IMG/VR virus record: IMGVR_UViG_2690316161_000025
Origin: a virus
Lineage: Duplodnaviria > Heunggongvirae > Uroviricota > Caudoviricetes
Length of the DNA: 44,064 nt
Direction: 5' to 3' (one strand)
The translations under genes and the position numbers were made by a program. Each line of letters starts with the position of its first letter. Within the stretch, counting starts at the first letter, position 1. The notes below the pieces were generated by a model. The model was not told the DNA's origin, did no database searches, and was given only the letters and a program-made list of their open reading frames with translations. This document shows, one piece after another, positions 1-9,168 of the stretch.

Positions 1-228
1 ATGTGTTCCAACGAAAAGGCCCGTGATTGGCATCGTGCGGATGTGATTGCGGGACTTAAGAAAAGAAAGCTCTCTTTATCAGCTCTTTCCCGGCAGTTTG
101 GTTATGCGCCAACTACATTAGCTAATGCGCTAGAACGACACTGGCCAAAGGGTGAGCAGATTATTGCTAACGCCTTAGAAACTAAACCGGAAGTAATCTG
201 GCCTAGCCGATATCAAGCAGGTGAGTAA
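1..228 (+). CDS. ner: Ner, small DNA-binding negative regulator of early transcription (75 aa)
   Basis: [40 protein letters not shown]...; sits immediately upstream of the transposase gene as in Mu. Confidence 0.9.
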
Positions 229-229
229 C

Positions 230-2221
230 ATGGAACTTTGGGTATCACCGAAAGAGTGTGCGAATCTTCCTGGTTTGCCGAAAACATCGGCTGGTGTGAT
301 TTATGTTGCTAAAAAGCAAGGATGGCAAAACCGCACTAGAGCAGGTGTCAAAGGTGGTAAAGCAATTGAATACAATGCGAACTCTTTACCTGTTGAAGCG
401 AAAGCGGCGTTATTGCTGAGACAAGGAGAGATTGAAACAAGCCTGGGGTATTTTGAAATCGCCCGCCCCACGCTGGAAGCCCATGATTATGATCGTGAGG
501 CACTGTGGAGCAAATGGGATAACGCCAGCGATTCCCAGCGCAGACTTGCTGAAAAATGGTTGCCTGCGGTTCAGGCTGCAGACGAAATGCTGAACCAGGG
601 GATTTCAACGAAAACGGCTTTTGCGACCGTTGCAGGGCATTACCAGGTCAGCGCATCCACTTTGCGGGACAAGTATTACCAGGTACAGAAGTTTGCGAAG
701 CCTGACTGGGCGGCTGCACTTGTTGATGGACGTGGAGCATCCCGTCGCAATGTTCACAAAAGTGAATTTGACGAGGATGCCTGGCAGTTTCTGATTGCAG
801 ATTATCTGCGACCGGAAAAACCCGCTTTCCGCAAATGTTATGAGCGTCTGGAACTGGCAGCCCGCGAGCATGGCTGGAGTATTCCCTCCCGTGCCACGGC
901 CTTTCGCCGGATTCAGCAACTGGACGAGGCAATGGTTGTTGCCTGTCGTGAAGGTGAACATGCACTGATGCATCTGATACCGGCACAGCAGCGAACTGTG
1001 GAACACCTGGACGCCATGCAGTGGATCAACGGCGACGGTTATCTGCATAACGTCTTTGTACGCTGGTTTAACGGTGATGTGATCCGTCCGAAAACATGGT
1101 TCTGGCAGGATGTGAAAACCCGAAAAATTCTGGGCTGGCGCTGCGATGTGAGCGAGAACATTGATTCAATTCGCCTCTCGTTCATGGATGTTGTGACTCG
1201 CTACGGTATCCCGGAGGATTTTCACATCACCATTGATAACACCCGTGGTGCTGCGAATAAATGGCTGACGGGAGGCGCGCCCAATCGCTACCGCTTTAAG
1301 GTAAAAGAGGACGATCCAAAAGGGCTGTTTTTACTGATGGGTGCGAAAATGCACTGGACAAGCGTTGTTGCTGGTAAAGGCTGGGGCCAGGCAAAACCTG
1401 TTGAACGTGCTTTCGGTGTTGGTGGGCTTGAGGAATACGTTGATAAGCATCCGGCACTGGCTGGCGCATATACGGGGCCTAATCCGCAGGCAAAACCTGA
1501 TAACTATGGCGACCGCGCTGTTGATGCAGAGCTGTTTCTGAAAACCCTTGCCGAAGGTGTGGCGATGTTCAATGCCAGAACAGGCCGTGAAACAGAAATG
1601 TGCGGAGGCAAACTTTCGTTTGATGACGTTTTTGAGCGTGAATACGCCAGAACGATTGTGCGTAAGCCTACCGAAGAGCAAAAACGGATGCTGTTACTGC
1701 CTGCCGAGGCGGTGAACGTTTCACGCAAAGGCGAGTTTACGCTTAAAGTTGGCGGCTCCCTTAAAGGCGCGAAAAACGTTTATTACAACATGGCGTTAAT
1801 GAATGCCGGAGTGAAAAAAGTTGTGGTCAGATTTGATCCACAGCAGTTACACAGCACGGTTTATTGCTACACCCTGGACGGTCGGTTTATCTGTGAAGCG
1901 GAATGTCTGGCACCTGTTGCGTTTAATGATGCTGCGGCAGGTCGTGAATATCGCCGCCGCCAGAAACAACTGAAATCTGCGACGAAAGCAGCGATTAAGG
2001 CACAGAAACAAATGGATGCACTGGAAGTGGCAGAGCTGCTGCCGCAGATAGCCGAACCTGAAGCACCAGAATCACGAATTGTCGGCATTTTCCGGCCTTC
2101 CGGTAATACGGAACGAGTGAAGAATCAGGAGCGTGATGATGAATACGAAACTGAGCGTGATGAATATCTGAATCATTCGCTGGATATTCTGGAACAGAAC
2201 AGACGTAAAAAAGCCATTTAA
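230..2221 (+). CDS. A: MuA DDE transposase (663 aa)
   Basis: ATG at 230 one base after ner stop, SD aggtgag upstream; 663-aa product [17 protein letters not shown]...; size and position match MuA. Confidence 0.95.
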
Positions 2222-2259
2222 TTAACGTTTAAACAAAATTTAATTACGAGGTTATTCAG

Positions 2260-3198
2260 ATGAATATTTCCGATATTCGCGCAGGACTGCGCACGCTTGT
2301 AGAAAATGAAGAAACCACCTTTAAACAAATTGCTCTTGAGAGCGGACTTTCTACCGGAACTATCAGTAGTTTTATCAATGATAAGTACAACGGGGATAAC
2401 GAGCGTGTTTCACAAATGCTGCAACGCTGGCTGGAAAAATATCATGCAGTTGCAGAACTACCTGAACCGCCCCGCTTTGTGGAAACGCAGACGGTAAAAC
2501 AAATCTGGACAAGTATGCGTTTTGCCAGCCTGACTGAAAGTATTGCTGTTGTATGTGGCAATCCTGGTGTGGGCAAAACCGAAGCGGCCCGTGAATATCG
2601 CCGCACCAATAACAATGTCTGGATGATCACCATTACGCCATCCTGTGCCAGCGTTCTGGAATGTCTTACTGAACTGGCGTTTGAGCTGGGAATGAATGAC
2701 GCACCACGCCGTAAAGGGCCGCTCTCCCGCGCCCTGCGACGTCGCCTTGAAGGTACACAGGGGCTGGTTATCATCGACGAAGCTGATCATCTTGGTGCCG
2801 AAGTTCTGGAAGAACTCCGCCTGTTACAGGAATCAACCCGTATTGGCCTTGTGCTGATGGGAAATCACCGGGTTTATTCAAATATGACGGGGGGTAACAG
2901 AACGGTTGAATTTGCCCGTCTGTTTTCCCGTATTGCAAAGCGCACTGCAATTAATAAAACCAAAAAAGCCGATGTAAAAGCTATTGCGGATGCCTGGCAG
3001 ATTAACGGCGAAAAAGAACTGGAGTTATTACAGCAGATTGCGCAGAAACCAGGTGCGCTTCGCATTCTGAATCATTCACTTCGCCTTGCAGCCATGACGG
3101 CTCACGGTAAAGGTGAGCGTGTTAACGAAGATTATCTGCGTCAGGCTTTCCGTGAATTAGACCTGGACGTTGATATTTCAACGCTGCTGCGTAATTAA
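2260..3198 (+). CDS. B: MuB ATP-dependent target DNA activator (AAA+ ATPase, 312 aa)
   Basis: 312-aa ORF with Walker A GNPGVGKT, directly downstream of A; SD acgagg upstream. Confidence 0.95.
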   Translation: MNISDIRAGLRTLVENEETTFKQIALESGLSTGTISSFINDKYNGDNERVSQMLQRWLEKYHAVAELPEPPRFVETQTVKQIWTSMRFASLTESIAVVCGNPGVGKTEAAREYRRTNNNVWMITITPSCASVLECLTELAFELGMNDAPRRKGPLSRALRRRLEGTQGLVIIDEADHLGAEVLEELRLLQESTRIGLVLMGNHRVYSNMTGGNRTVEFARLFSRIAKRTAINKTKKADVKAIADAWQINGEKELELLQQIAQKPGALRILNHSLRLAAMTAHGKGERVNEDYLRQAFRELDLDVDISTLLRN

Positions 3199-3213
3199 GA
3201 AGGAGAAGAAATT

Positions 3214-3441
3214 ATGATGGCCCGAAATATAAAAATGGCAACGGATGCGCAGAACTGGTTACAGGCGCGCGGGAGTCATGTAAATGAATCATATCTCGGC
3301 GTGGCGCGTCCGATTCTTGAAATCACTTACCCACCGGTGGAACTGGTAAAAAACGCGGTCAGAATTATGGAGCATAAATCCGGAGTTGCCCGTTCTGTAT
3401 GGACGGCCCGTCTTAATGGTTGCCAGATTATCTGGAGATAA
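3214..3441 (+). CDS. kil: Kil, host killing/cell-division inhibitor (74-75 aa; alternative ATG at 3217)
   Basis: First small ORF after B, SD aggagaag upstream; position matches Mu kil. Confidence 0.6.
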
Positions 3442-3443
3442 CG

Positions 3444-3674
3444 ATGTGTATTAAAGCTGAAAAATATATTGAATGGGTTAAACACTGTCAGTGCCACGGG
3501 GTGCCGCTGACGACATATAAATGCCCCGGATGTGGTGAACAGATTATGACGCAATGCTCACCCGAAAAGGAAATTCGGGATTCCATGACATGTTGTCCGT
3601 GGTGCAGCGCAGTTTTCTTTAAACAGGTAAAAGGCGCGAAGGTAAAAGCCAGCGCGGTTATTCAGAATCAATAA
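3444..3674 (+). CDS. Early-region small Cys-rich (zinc-ribbon-like) protein, unknown function
   Basis: ATG 3444 with SD ggag; product has CQCHG...CPGCGEQ...CCPWC cysteine pairs; ORF track gives longer 3420 start overlapping kil. Confidence 0.5.
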   Translation: MCIKAEKYIEWVKHCQCHGVPLTTYKCPGCGEQIMTQCSPEKEIRDSMTCCPWCSAVFFKQVKGAKVKASAVIQNQ

Positions 3675-3685
3675 GGTGAAACAAA

Positions 3686-3949
3686 ATGGCAAAAGTAATT
3701 ATTGAAATTAAAAATACAGTATCTGGAATTAAAGGACGGAATTTGCGCACCAGCATTGCGGTGGACGGTAGTGCGGAACTGGACGGTGATGAGGGTACAC
3801 TTGCTGGCATGGTGGCGTTACTGGTGCTTAATAAAAGCCAGAAAGTAATTAATGAGTCAGCCCATGAAGCTATTGAGATTTTGAAAAACGATGGTGTCAT
3901 CACCGGTGGCCGTGTCACTGAAATGGCTGTTGAAAAAACATGCCACTGA
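3686..3949 (+). CDS. Early-region hypothetical protein (87 aa)
   Basis: ORF with SD aaggtga upstream of ATG 3686; tightly packed in the Mu semi-essential early operon. Confidence 0.5.
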   Translation: MAKVIIEIKNTVSGIKGRNLRTSIAVDGSAELDGDEGTLAGMVALLVLNKSQKVINESAHEAIEILKNDGVITGGRVTEMAVEKTCH

Positions 3950-4383
3950 AAGGAACGCTGACAATGAACGTCAAAATCCGAAATGAAATTCAGGCATTAA
4001 TCCGAATTCAGGAACGCAATAACAACGGTGGTGAATTACGCGAGTTTATTTGCGCCCGGAAAGTTGATGGTTATGGTGAAAAGACTTACCTAATTACTTT
4101 CGACCATTACAGCATCTGTGCGCGTTATTGTGGCGAAAGCATATCCCGCGCCATTGCGTCTGGCGATGCGTTTAACGTGGATTTATGGGAGTACGTCATG
4201 GACCGTGAATACATCTGTGTATCAGACCCGAAAGCCCGTGATATGTGGCAGCGTATCTGGCGCGATTACCGGTTAATGGCAAAAGGCTGGGCGCGCTGCT
4301 GTTATTCCTCGCTTGCCCTGAAAGCAGTTCAGTTATCGCTGCGGCATATTCCGGCATCACTGCGCGAGCCTCTGTTGTACTGA
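3940..4383 (+). CDS. Early-region hypothetical protein (147 aa; alternative start ATG 3964 with SD aaggaa)
   Basis: ORF in operon context; start ambiguous between 3940 and 3964. Confidence 0.5.
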   Translation: MPLKGTLTMNVKIRNEIQALIRIQERNNNGGELREFICARKVDGYGEKTYLITFDHYSICARYCGESISRAIASGDAFNVDLWEYVMDREYICVSDPKARDMWQRIWRDYRLMAKGWARCCYSSLALKAVQLSLRHIPASLREPLLY

Positions 4384-4683
4384 ATGGTGGCTGACATGAA
4401 GTGTAATCGTAAGCGCTGGTCACGCGAAGACCGGGAATTTATCGAAGCCAACGTCGGGAAAATGACCGTTGAAGAAATGGCGGAAAAACTGAAAGTCGCC
4501 ACAACCGCCCTCCGGGCACATGCCAGAAGGCACGGAATATCATTGTGTATATACCGAATCAGTGAGCACGACAAATATTTGTGTCGTGAACTTTATAAAG
4601 AAGGGCTGGATATTCATGTCATTGCCCGAAAGATGGAATTAAGCAATCGTGCTGTATCCAGCATTGTATACAGCGGATATTAA
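4384..4683 (+). CDS. Early-region hypothetical protein (99 aa; alternative start 4396)
   Basis: ORF abutting previous stop (TGAATG); weak SD. Confidence 0.4.
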   Translation: MVADMKCNRKRWSREDREFIEANVGKMTVEEMAEKLKVATTALRAHARRHGISLCIYRISEHDKYLCRELYKEGLDIHVIARKMELSNRAVSSIVYSGY

Positions 4684-4702
4684 TTAACAGGAGCTTTAAT
4701 TT

Positions 4703-5227
4703 ATGGCTAAACCAGCAAAACGCATCAAAAGTGCCGCAGCGGCTTATGTGCCACAAAACCGCGATGCGGTGATTACCGATATTAAACGCATCGGGGATTT
4801 ACAGCGCGAAGCATCACGTCTGGAAACGGAAATGAATGATGCCATCGCGGAAATTACGGAGAAATTTGCGGCCCGGATTGCACCGATTAAAACCGATATT
4901 GAAACCCTTTCAAAAGGCGTTCAGGGATGGTGTGAAGCGAACCGCGACGAACTGACGAACGGCGGCAAAGTGAAGACGGCAAATCTTGTCACCGGCGATG
5001 TGTCATGGCGTCAACGCCCGCCATCAGTGAGTATTCGCGGCGTGGATGCCGTAATGGAAACGCTGGAGCGTCTTGGCCTGCAACGCTTTATTCGCACGAA
5101 GCAGGAAATCAACAAGGAGGCGATTTTACTGGAACCAAAAGCCGTCGCAGGTGTTGCCGGAATTACGGTTAAATCGGGAATTGAAGATTTTTCCATTATT
5201 CCGTTTGAACAGGAAGCAGGTATTTAA
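4703..5227 (+). CDS. gam: Gam, host-nuclease inhibitor / DNA-end binding protein (174 aa)
   Basis: ORF MAKPAKRIKSAAAAYVPQNRDAVITDIKRIGDLQREASRLE..., SD aggag upstream; matches Mu Gam. Confidence 0.9.
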   Translation: MAKPAKRIKSAAAAYVPQNRDAVITDIKRIGDLQREASRLETEMNDAIAEITEKFAARIAPIKTDIETLSKGVQGWCEANRDELTNGGKVKTANLVTGDVSWRQRPPSVSIRGVDAVMETLERLGLQRFIRTKQEINKEAILLEPKAVAGVAGITVKSGIEDFSIIPFEQEAGI

Positions 5228-5325
5228 TACCACCATTAATATTTAATTAATTCACATTCTTTTAATTATGGCGCGATGCGTCAGGGGATTGCTCGCGCCT
5301 GAAACAGATTACTGAGGAATAAAAC

Positions 5326-5856
5326 ATGGTTGATGCAAAAATTCTGAATGGTGTCAGCACATTATTACGGGCTTACGGACGCCTGACCTGCGGGGTTCTG
5401 GCTGAAAAAATGCAGATGCCATCCTCCGCAATGGTGTACTTCCTGCGTGATGCGGTTGATGCCGGAATGCTGACTGAACTTAATGGTTTTTACGACGTAC
5501 CGCGTCCCCGTACAGAGCAGCCTGTAAGACGAAACGCAACTGAGCAGTCTGCTGTTGATGATGCCGCGTGGTGTTCCTTCCGCCGCCCATTGCCCTGGCT
5601 GGAAGGCAATGCCATTCCGGCACTGGCAAAAGAATTTGCAACAGGCGTGCTGACCTGTGAATCCGTTCACATCGTTGCAGAAGTGGACAACAGAATGTGC
5701 GAACAGGGAATGCCCCGTTTTGTGATGGCTTATATCGATATCCGGCTGGGGCGTTTTATTTGCAGTTCCAGCGCCTGGAATATCACCGACCATGTACTGC
5801 GTTATCTCATTCTTGATTGTTCTCCGGCTCCCGCAGCGGTGCAGGAGGTGGCGTGA
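5326..5856 (+). CDS. Early-region hypothetical protein (176 aa)
   Basis: ORF with SD gagga upstream; operon context. Confidence 0.55.
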   Translation: MVDAKILNGVSTLLRAYGRLTCGVLAEKMQMPSSAMVYFLRDAVDAGMLTELNGFYDVPRPRTEQPVRRNATEQSAVDDAAWCSFRRPLPWLEGNAIPALAKEFATGVLTCESVHIVAEVDNRMCEQGMPRFVMAYIDIRLGRFICSSSAWNITDHVLRYLILDCSPAPAAVQEVA

Positions 5857-6386
5857 TGTTTTTTAAAACGTCAAATCCCACAGCACTGCTGGCATGGGAC
5901 CAGTTTATGGCGGACTGCCTGAAACTACGCGAAGAAGCCCGCCATCTTGATAAGGTTCTGGACTGTGGTTGCCGGTCAGTATTCAGTACAGGTATTGGTG
6001 GGCGTCATTTTCATGGTGTGAATTTTCCGGGGAATGAGCGCCCCTTCTCGCGGGAGCTGTGGACCGTACAACGGCCCGCATCAGGTAACAGTTGCAGGCC
6101 CAGAACTTCGTGGATACCTGCTCATCTCAGGGGGCAGGCAAGAGAGCTGGCGAAAATATGGCAGGAGAATATTCCGGTCACTTACGCCCGCACAGACGCT
6201 CTTTTACCCGCACTGGGACTGGATTTCAGCGCAACAATATTCGGGCCGCTCCAGTGGTTCCGTGTTGGTGATGTGATTTACGTCATGACGGGGATGACAC
6301 CCGCGCAAGGCCGCATGACTGAAATCCTTTCTGACGAATTTATCCGGGCGCAAAAACAGGCGGAGGTAACTAATGGAAAACAGTGA
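5856..6386 (+). CDS. Early-region hypothetical protein (about 176 aa from ATG 5856)
   Basis: ATG 5856 overlaps the upstream stop (TGATG) and has a strong SD gcaggaggtg; ORF track lists a longer 5817 start. Confidence 0.5.
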   Translation: MFFKTSNPTALLAWDQFMADCLKLREEARHLDKVLDCGCRSVFSTGIGGRHFHGVNFPGNERPFSRELWTVQRPASGNSCRPRTSWIPAHLRGQARELAKIWQENIPVTYARTDALLPALGLDFSATIFGPLQWFRVGDVIYVMTGMTPAQGRMTEILSDEFIRAQKQAEVTNGKQ

Positions 6387-6555
6387 AACATCGTATTCGT
6401 GGCTGGGGAAATTTACCACGGTGAAACAGGAATGCCCGACCTGCGGTAATGAATCCCCTGAATATCTGAAAGAGTGCCCTCATTGTGGCGGGCAGAAATG
6501 CAACCACTGTGATATGGGCGATGACACGGCGTGCATGAATTGTGAAGGTGAGTGA
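6373..6555 (+). CDS. Small zinc-ribbon protein (60 aa, CxxC x2 plus CxxC)
   Basis: ORF with CPTCGN...CPHCGG...CNHC...CMNC; SD ggagg upstream. Confidence 0.45.
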   Translation: MENSETSYSWLGKFTTVKQECPTCGNESPEYLKECPHCGGQKCNHCDMGDDTACMNCEGE

Positions 6556-6556
6556 T

Positions 6557-6865
6557 ATGAATAATGGTGTATTTTCAAAATCAGAAGAGCTTGCCGCCCT
6601 GCTGATTGCCGGTGGTTTGCCGAAAAAAGAAGTGCATGACTTTGTGAATTTTGTATATGAGACGTCTCATGAAAAAGCTATTGATGAGGTCATGGCGTAC
6701 CGGTTTGGCATTATTGCTGAGTCACTGAGTCCTCACTGGATTATTGAAAATCTCCGCGCTATTGCTGATGGCAACGATAAATCAGCAGCCGTTGCTGCAC
6801 TGGATGTGTTACGGCAAATGAGTCTGAAATTTTATCCTGAATTTATTCTGAGGGCCGCAAAATGA
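6557..6865 (+). CDS. Early-region hypothetical protein (102 aa)
   Basis: ATG 6557 just after upstream stop, SD gaaggtgag. Confidence 0.5.
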   Translation: MNNGVFSKSEELAALLIAGGLPKKEVHDFVNFVYETSHEKAIDEVMAYRFGIIAESLSPHWIIENLRAIADGNDKSAAVAALDVLRQMSLKFYPEFILRAAK

Positions 6866-7164
6866 ACAATGAAGATAAATTTACTCCCCTTAATATTGAT
6901 AACGTCATGGCTGAAAAAGGGATGCTGGAACGTGTTCGCGCTATCGTTGAATATGGTATTAAGCATAATCTCACCGCCAGAGAAGTCCGTGACATTATCA
7001 ACCGCGAAATGAATCGTCTGGAAACAGTAGTGGCACTGCAAAATGAAACAGCCCGCGAGGAGTACATCCGCCGCAGGCTGGGGTTATCAGACCAGGATAT
7101 TGTTACTGACGCTCATGTGTTTGAGGCTTTTGAGATCCGTCAGCATCTGGGTCTAACGAACTGA
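6862..7164 (+). CDS. Early-region hypothetical protein (100 aa)
   Basis: ATGA start-stop overlap with the upstream gene (translational coupling). Confidence 0.5.
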   Translation: MNNEDKFTPLNIDNVMAEKGMLERVRAIVEYGIKHNLTAREVRDIINREMNRLETVVALQNETAREEYIRRRLGLSDQDIVTDAHVFEAFEIRQHLGLTN

Positions 7165-7369
7165 TAATGTCTTCCATGATCTTTGACAGTTGCATGTTTT
7201 CGCGGCGGCTTGTTCTTATTGCAGGCGCATCTTTTAAAATCTCTGCTGAAGAGCTGAAAATGGCCTGGCCCTCTTCTGCGGTGATGATCGCCTTCTTCAC
7301 CAGAAGGCGCACCAGTGCTGATGCAATCGCATAACCTGCAACATCATAAGGTTGTACATTATTTTCCAT
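7103..7369 (-). CDS. Candidate antisense-oriented small protein (88 aa) in the gap between early genes and gemA
   Basis: Minus-strand ORF MENNVQPYDVAGYAIASALVRLLVKK... with good SD (gagagga, 5 nt spacer) before ATG at 7369; fills a 275-bp region with no plus-strand ORF. Confidence 0.3.
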   Translation of the reverse strand: MENNVQPYDVAGYAIASALVRLLVKKAIITAEEGQAIFSSSAEILKDAPAIRTSRRENMQLSKIMEDIISSLDPDADGSQKPQTHERQ

Positions 7370-7438
7370 AAAATCCTCTCTGATTGATGTGTAAATTCAG
7401 GCGGTGTTGCAGCACCGCCTCTTTCCGGAGGTACGATC

Positions 7439-7990
7439 ATGAATCGCACATCCCTGATTAAATTAATCCATGTCGCCCGTCGGGAGCTACAACTCGACGA
7501 CGACACTTACCGAGCTTTTCTGATGCAGAAAACGGGCAAAATCAGTTGCCGCGAGCTGACGGTTACGCAACTGGAACAGGTGCTCGATGCCATGAAAGAA
7601 CGCGGCTTTAAGAAGCTGAATAAACATCCACGTCGCCGCTTTAAGGGGCATGTCACGCCCCGCGAGAAGGTATACAAAGTCTGGCAGCAGATGGCAGAAG
7701 ACGGTTTTATTACCGATGGCGGTGATGTGGCGCTGGATAAATATGTTCAGCGCCTGACGGCGAAACGTAATGGCGGACAGGGTGTTTCCACGCTGGCGTG
7801 GTGTCATGGCGACACCCTGTTGATTGTTCTCGAAACTCTCAAGCAGTGGCATATCCGCTGTATTCGTGAAGCCTTTTCCCGTCACGGGCTTCCGTTGCCA
7901 GTCAGTCCGTCCGGGCGTGAACTGCGCGGCTATGATGCCATGACGGCGGCTTATGCCCATGCCAGAAAGACACGGAGGATGGCACAATGA
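7439..7990 (+). CDS. gemA: GemA (183 aa)
   Basis: 183-aa ORF immediately upstream of and overlapping mor (ATGA), SD ggagg; matches Mu GemA position and size. Confidence 0.8.
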   Translation: MNRTSLIKLIHVARRELQLDDDTYRAFLMQKTGKISCRELTVTQLEQVLDAMKERGFKKLNKHPRRRFKGHVTPREKVYKVWQQMAEDGFITDGGDVALDKYVQRLTAKRNGGQGVSTLAWCHGDTLLIVLETLKQWHIRCIREAFSRHGLPLPVSPSGRELRGYDAMTAAYAHARKTRRMAQ

Positions 7991-8376
7991 CGGAAGATTT
8001 ATTTGGTGATTTGCAGGATGACACCATCCTGGCACATCTTGACAATCCCGCAGAGGATACGTCACGCTTTCCGGCACTGCTGGCGGAGCTGAACGATTTA
8101 CTGCGCGGGGAATTGTCCCGGCTGGGTGTTGATCCTGCCCATTCACTGGAGATTGTTGTGGCTATCTGTAAGCATCTGGGCGGCGGTCAGGTCTACATTC
8201 CACGCGGTCAGGTTCTGGACTCGCTGATTCGGGATTTGCGTATCTGGAATGATTTTAACGGTCGCAACGTCAGCGAACTGACCACCCGTTATGGTGTCAC
8301 TTTCAATACGGTTTACAAGGCCATTCGCCGGATGCGACGGCTGAAATACCGCCAGTACCAGCCCTCACTTCTGTAA
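7987..8376 (+). CDS. mor: Mor, middle operon regulator (129 aa)
   Basis: 129-aa ORF; C-terminal region similar to the C protein encoded at 9169 (Mor/C family). Confidence 0.9.
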   Translation: MTEDLFGDLQDDTILAHLDNPAEDTSRFPALLAELNDLLRGELSRLGVDPAHSLEIVVAICKHLGGGQVYIPRGQVLDSLIRDLRIWNDFNGRNVSELTTRYGVTFNTVYKAIRRMRRLKYRQYQPSLL

Positions 8377-8383
8377 ACAGTAA

Positions 8384-8406
8384 AGCCGGTTAATCCGGCT
8401 TTTTTT
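8384..8406 (+). terminator. Rho-independent terminator after mor (end of early transcript)
   Basis: Hairpin agccggttaatccggct followed by tttttt. Confidence 0.6.
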
Positions 8407-8453
8407 ACGTCCTCAATATCCTGTGATGAATAACCGTACCGGGGGAAATCATC

Positions 8454-8672
8454 ATGGGTAAAGGCTGGAATGCATCCTTTCATCTTGGCAGACGTGAGCG
8501 GCTGCGTCAGGAGGTTTTGCACCGTGTCGCCGGTGGGCCACGGCCTGCGCCCCGCGACTATACCGGTCATGATGGCACCCACGGCAGTTATTACATGAAA
8601 GGCTGGCAGTCAGTTGATATGCCGGAAATTCTTCATCATTGCCTGCTTTACAGGGAGAAACATTATGTCTGA
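8454..8672 (+). CDS. Middle-operon hypothetical protein (72 aa)
   Basis: ORF with SD gggggaaa; lies between mor terminator and C. Confidence 0.4.
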   Translation: MGKGWNASFHLGRRERLRQEVLHRVAGGPRPAPRDYTGHDGTHGSYYMKGWQSVDMPEILHHCLLYREKHYV

Positions 8673-9027
8673 GCGTTCTGCTCGTCAGTGGCCTGATTTT
8701 TTATCGGTGGTATTACTGGCGCTGTTATTGTGGATAAGTCTGTTTTGTGGCTGGCGCGCGCTGATGTTTTGCTGTGCCTCGGTTTTCAGTGTTGCTTTAT
8801 GTGTTGCCGCTGATTGTCTGGATGCGCTGATAATGAGCTGCCGGGTGCCTGAACATTTTGCCCGGTTCGTCTGGCCTCTGACCTGGCTGGGGAGTCTGTC
8901 CGGGCTGGGATTAGCCGTGATGGCAACGTCTCAACTGAAAACGGGTCCTGAGCATGTCATCTGGGCGCTGGCCGGATTGCTGACGTTCTGGCTCTCCTTT
9001 CGTTTTCGCGCTCGTCTGTTCGGGTAA
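8665..9027 (+). CDS. Middle-operon predicted multi-pass membrane protein (120 aa from ATG 8665)
   Basis: SD gggag upstream of ATG 8665; hydrophobic segments LSVVLLALLLWISLFCGW, VFSVALCVAA, LGLAVMATS. Confidence 0.45.
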   Translation: MSERSARQWPDFLSVVLLALLLWISLFCGWRALMFCCASVFSVALCVAADCLDALIMSCRVPEHFARFVWPLTWLGSLSGLGLAVMATSQLKTGPEHVIWALAGLLTFWLSFRFRARLFG

Positions 9028-9036
9028 AGGGGCACC

Positions 9037-9156
9037 ATGTACAGAAAATTCAGTGATGAATGTTTCGGGCCGTCCACGCTGATGAGTGCGATAAAAGTGA
9101 TTGCCCTTGTGGTTCTGATAACCATCAGTGCCGTGGTGTATCTTTCTGTCTGTTAA
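9037..9156 (+). CDS. Candidate 39-aa single-pass membrane peptide (not in ORF track)
   Basis: ATG 9037 with SD aagggg; MYRKFSDECFGPSTLMSAIKVIALVVLITISAVVYLSVC then TAA at 9154-9156. Confidence 0.3.
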   Translation: MYRKFSDECFGPSTLMSAIKVIALVVLITISAVVYLSVC

Positions 9157-9168
9157 CCGGGGGAAAAT

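Noticed and set aside
348-1048. Minus-strand ORFs (86, 147, 112 aa) inside the MuA gene
   Set aside because: Entirely antisense to a confidently identified coding region, no RBS context; typical spurious frames in GC-rich coding DNA.
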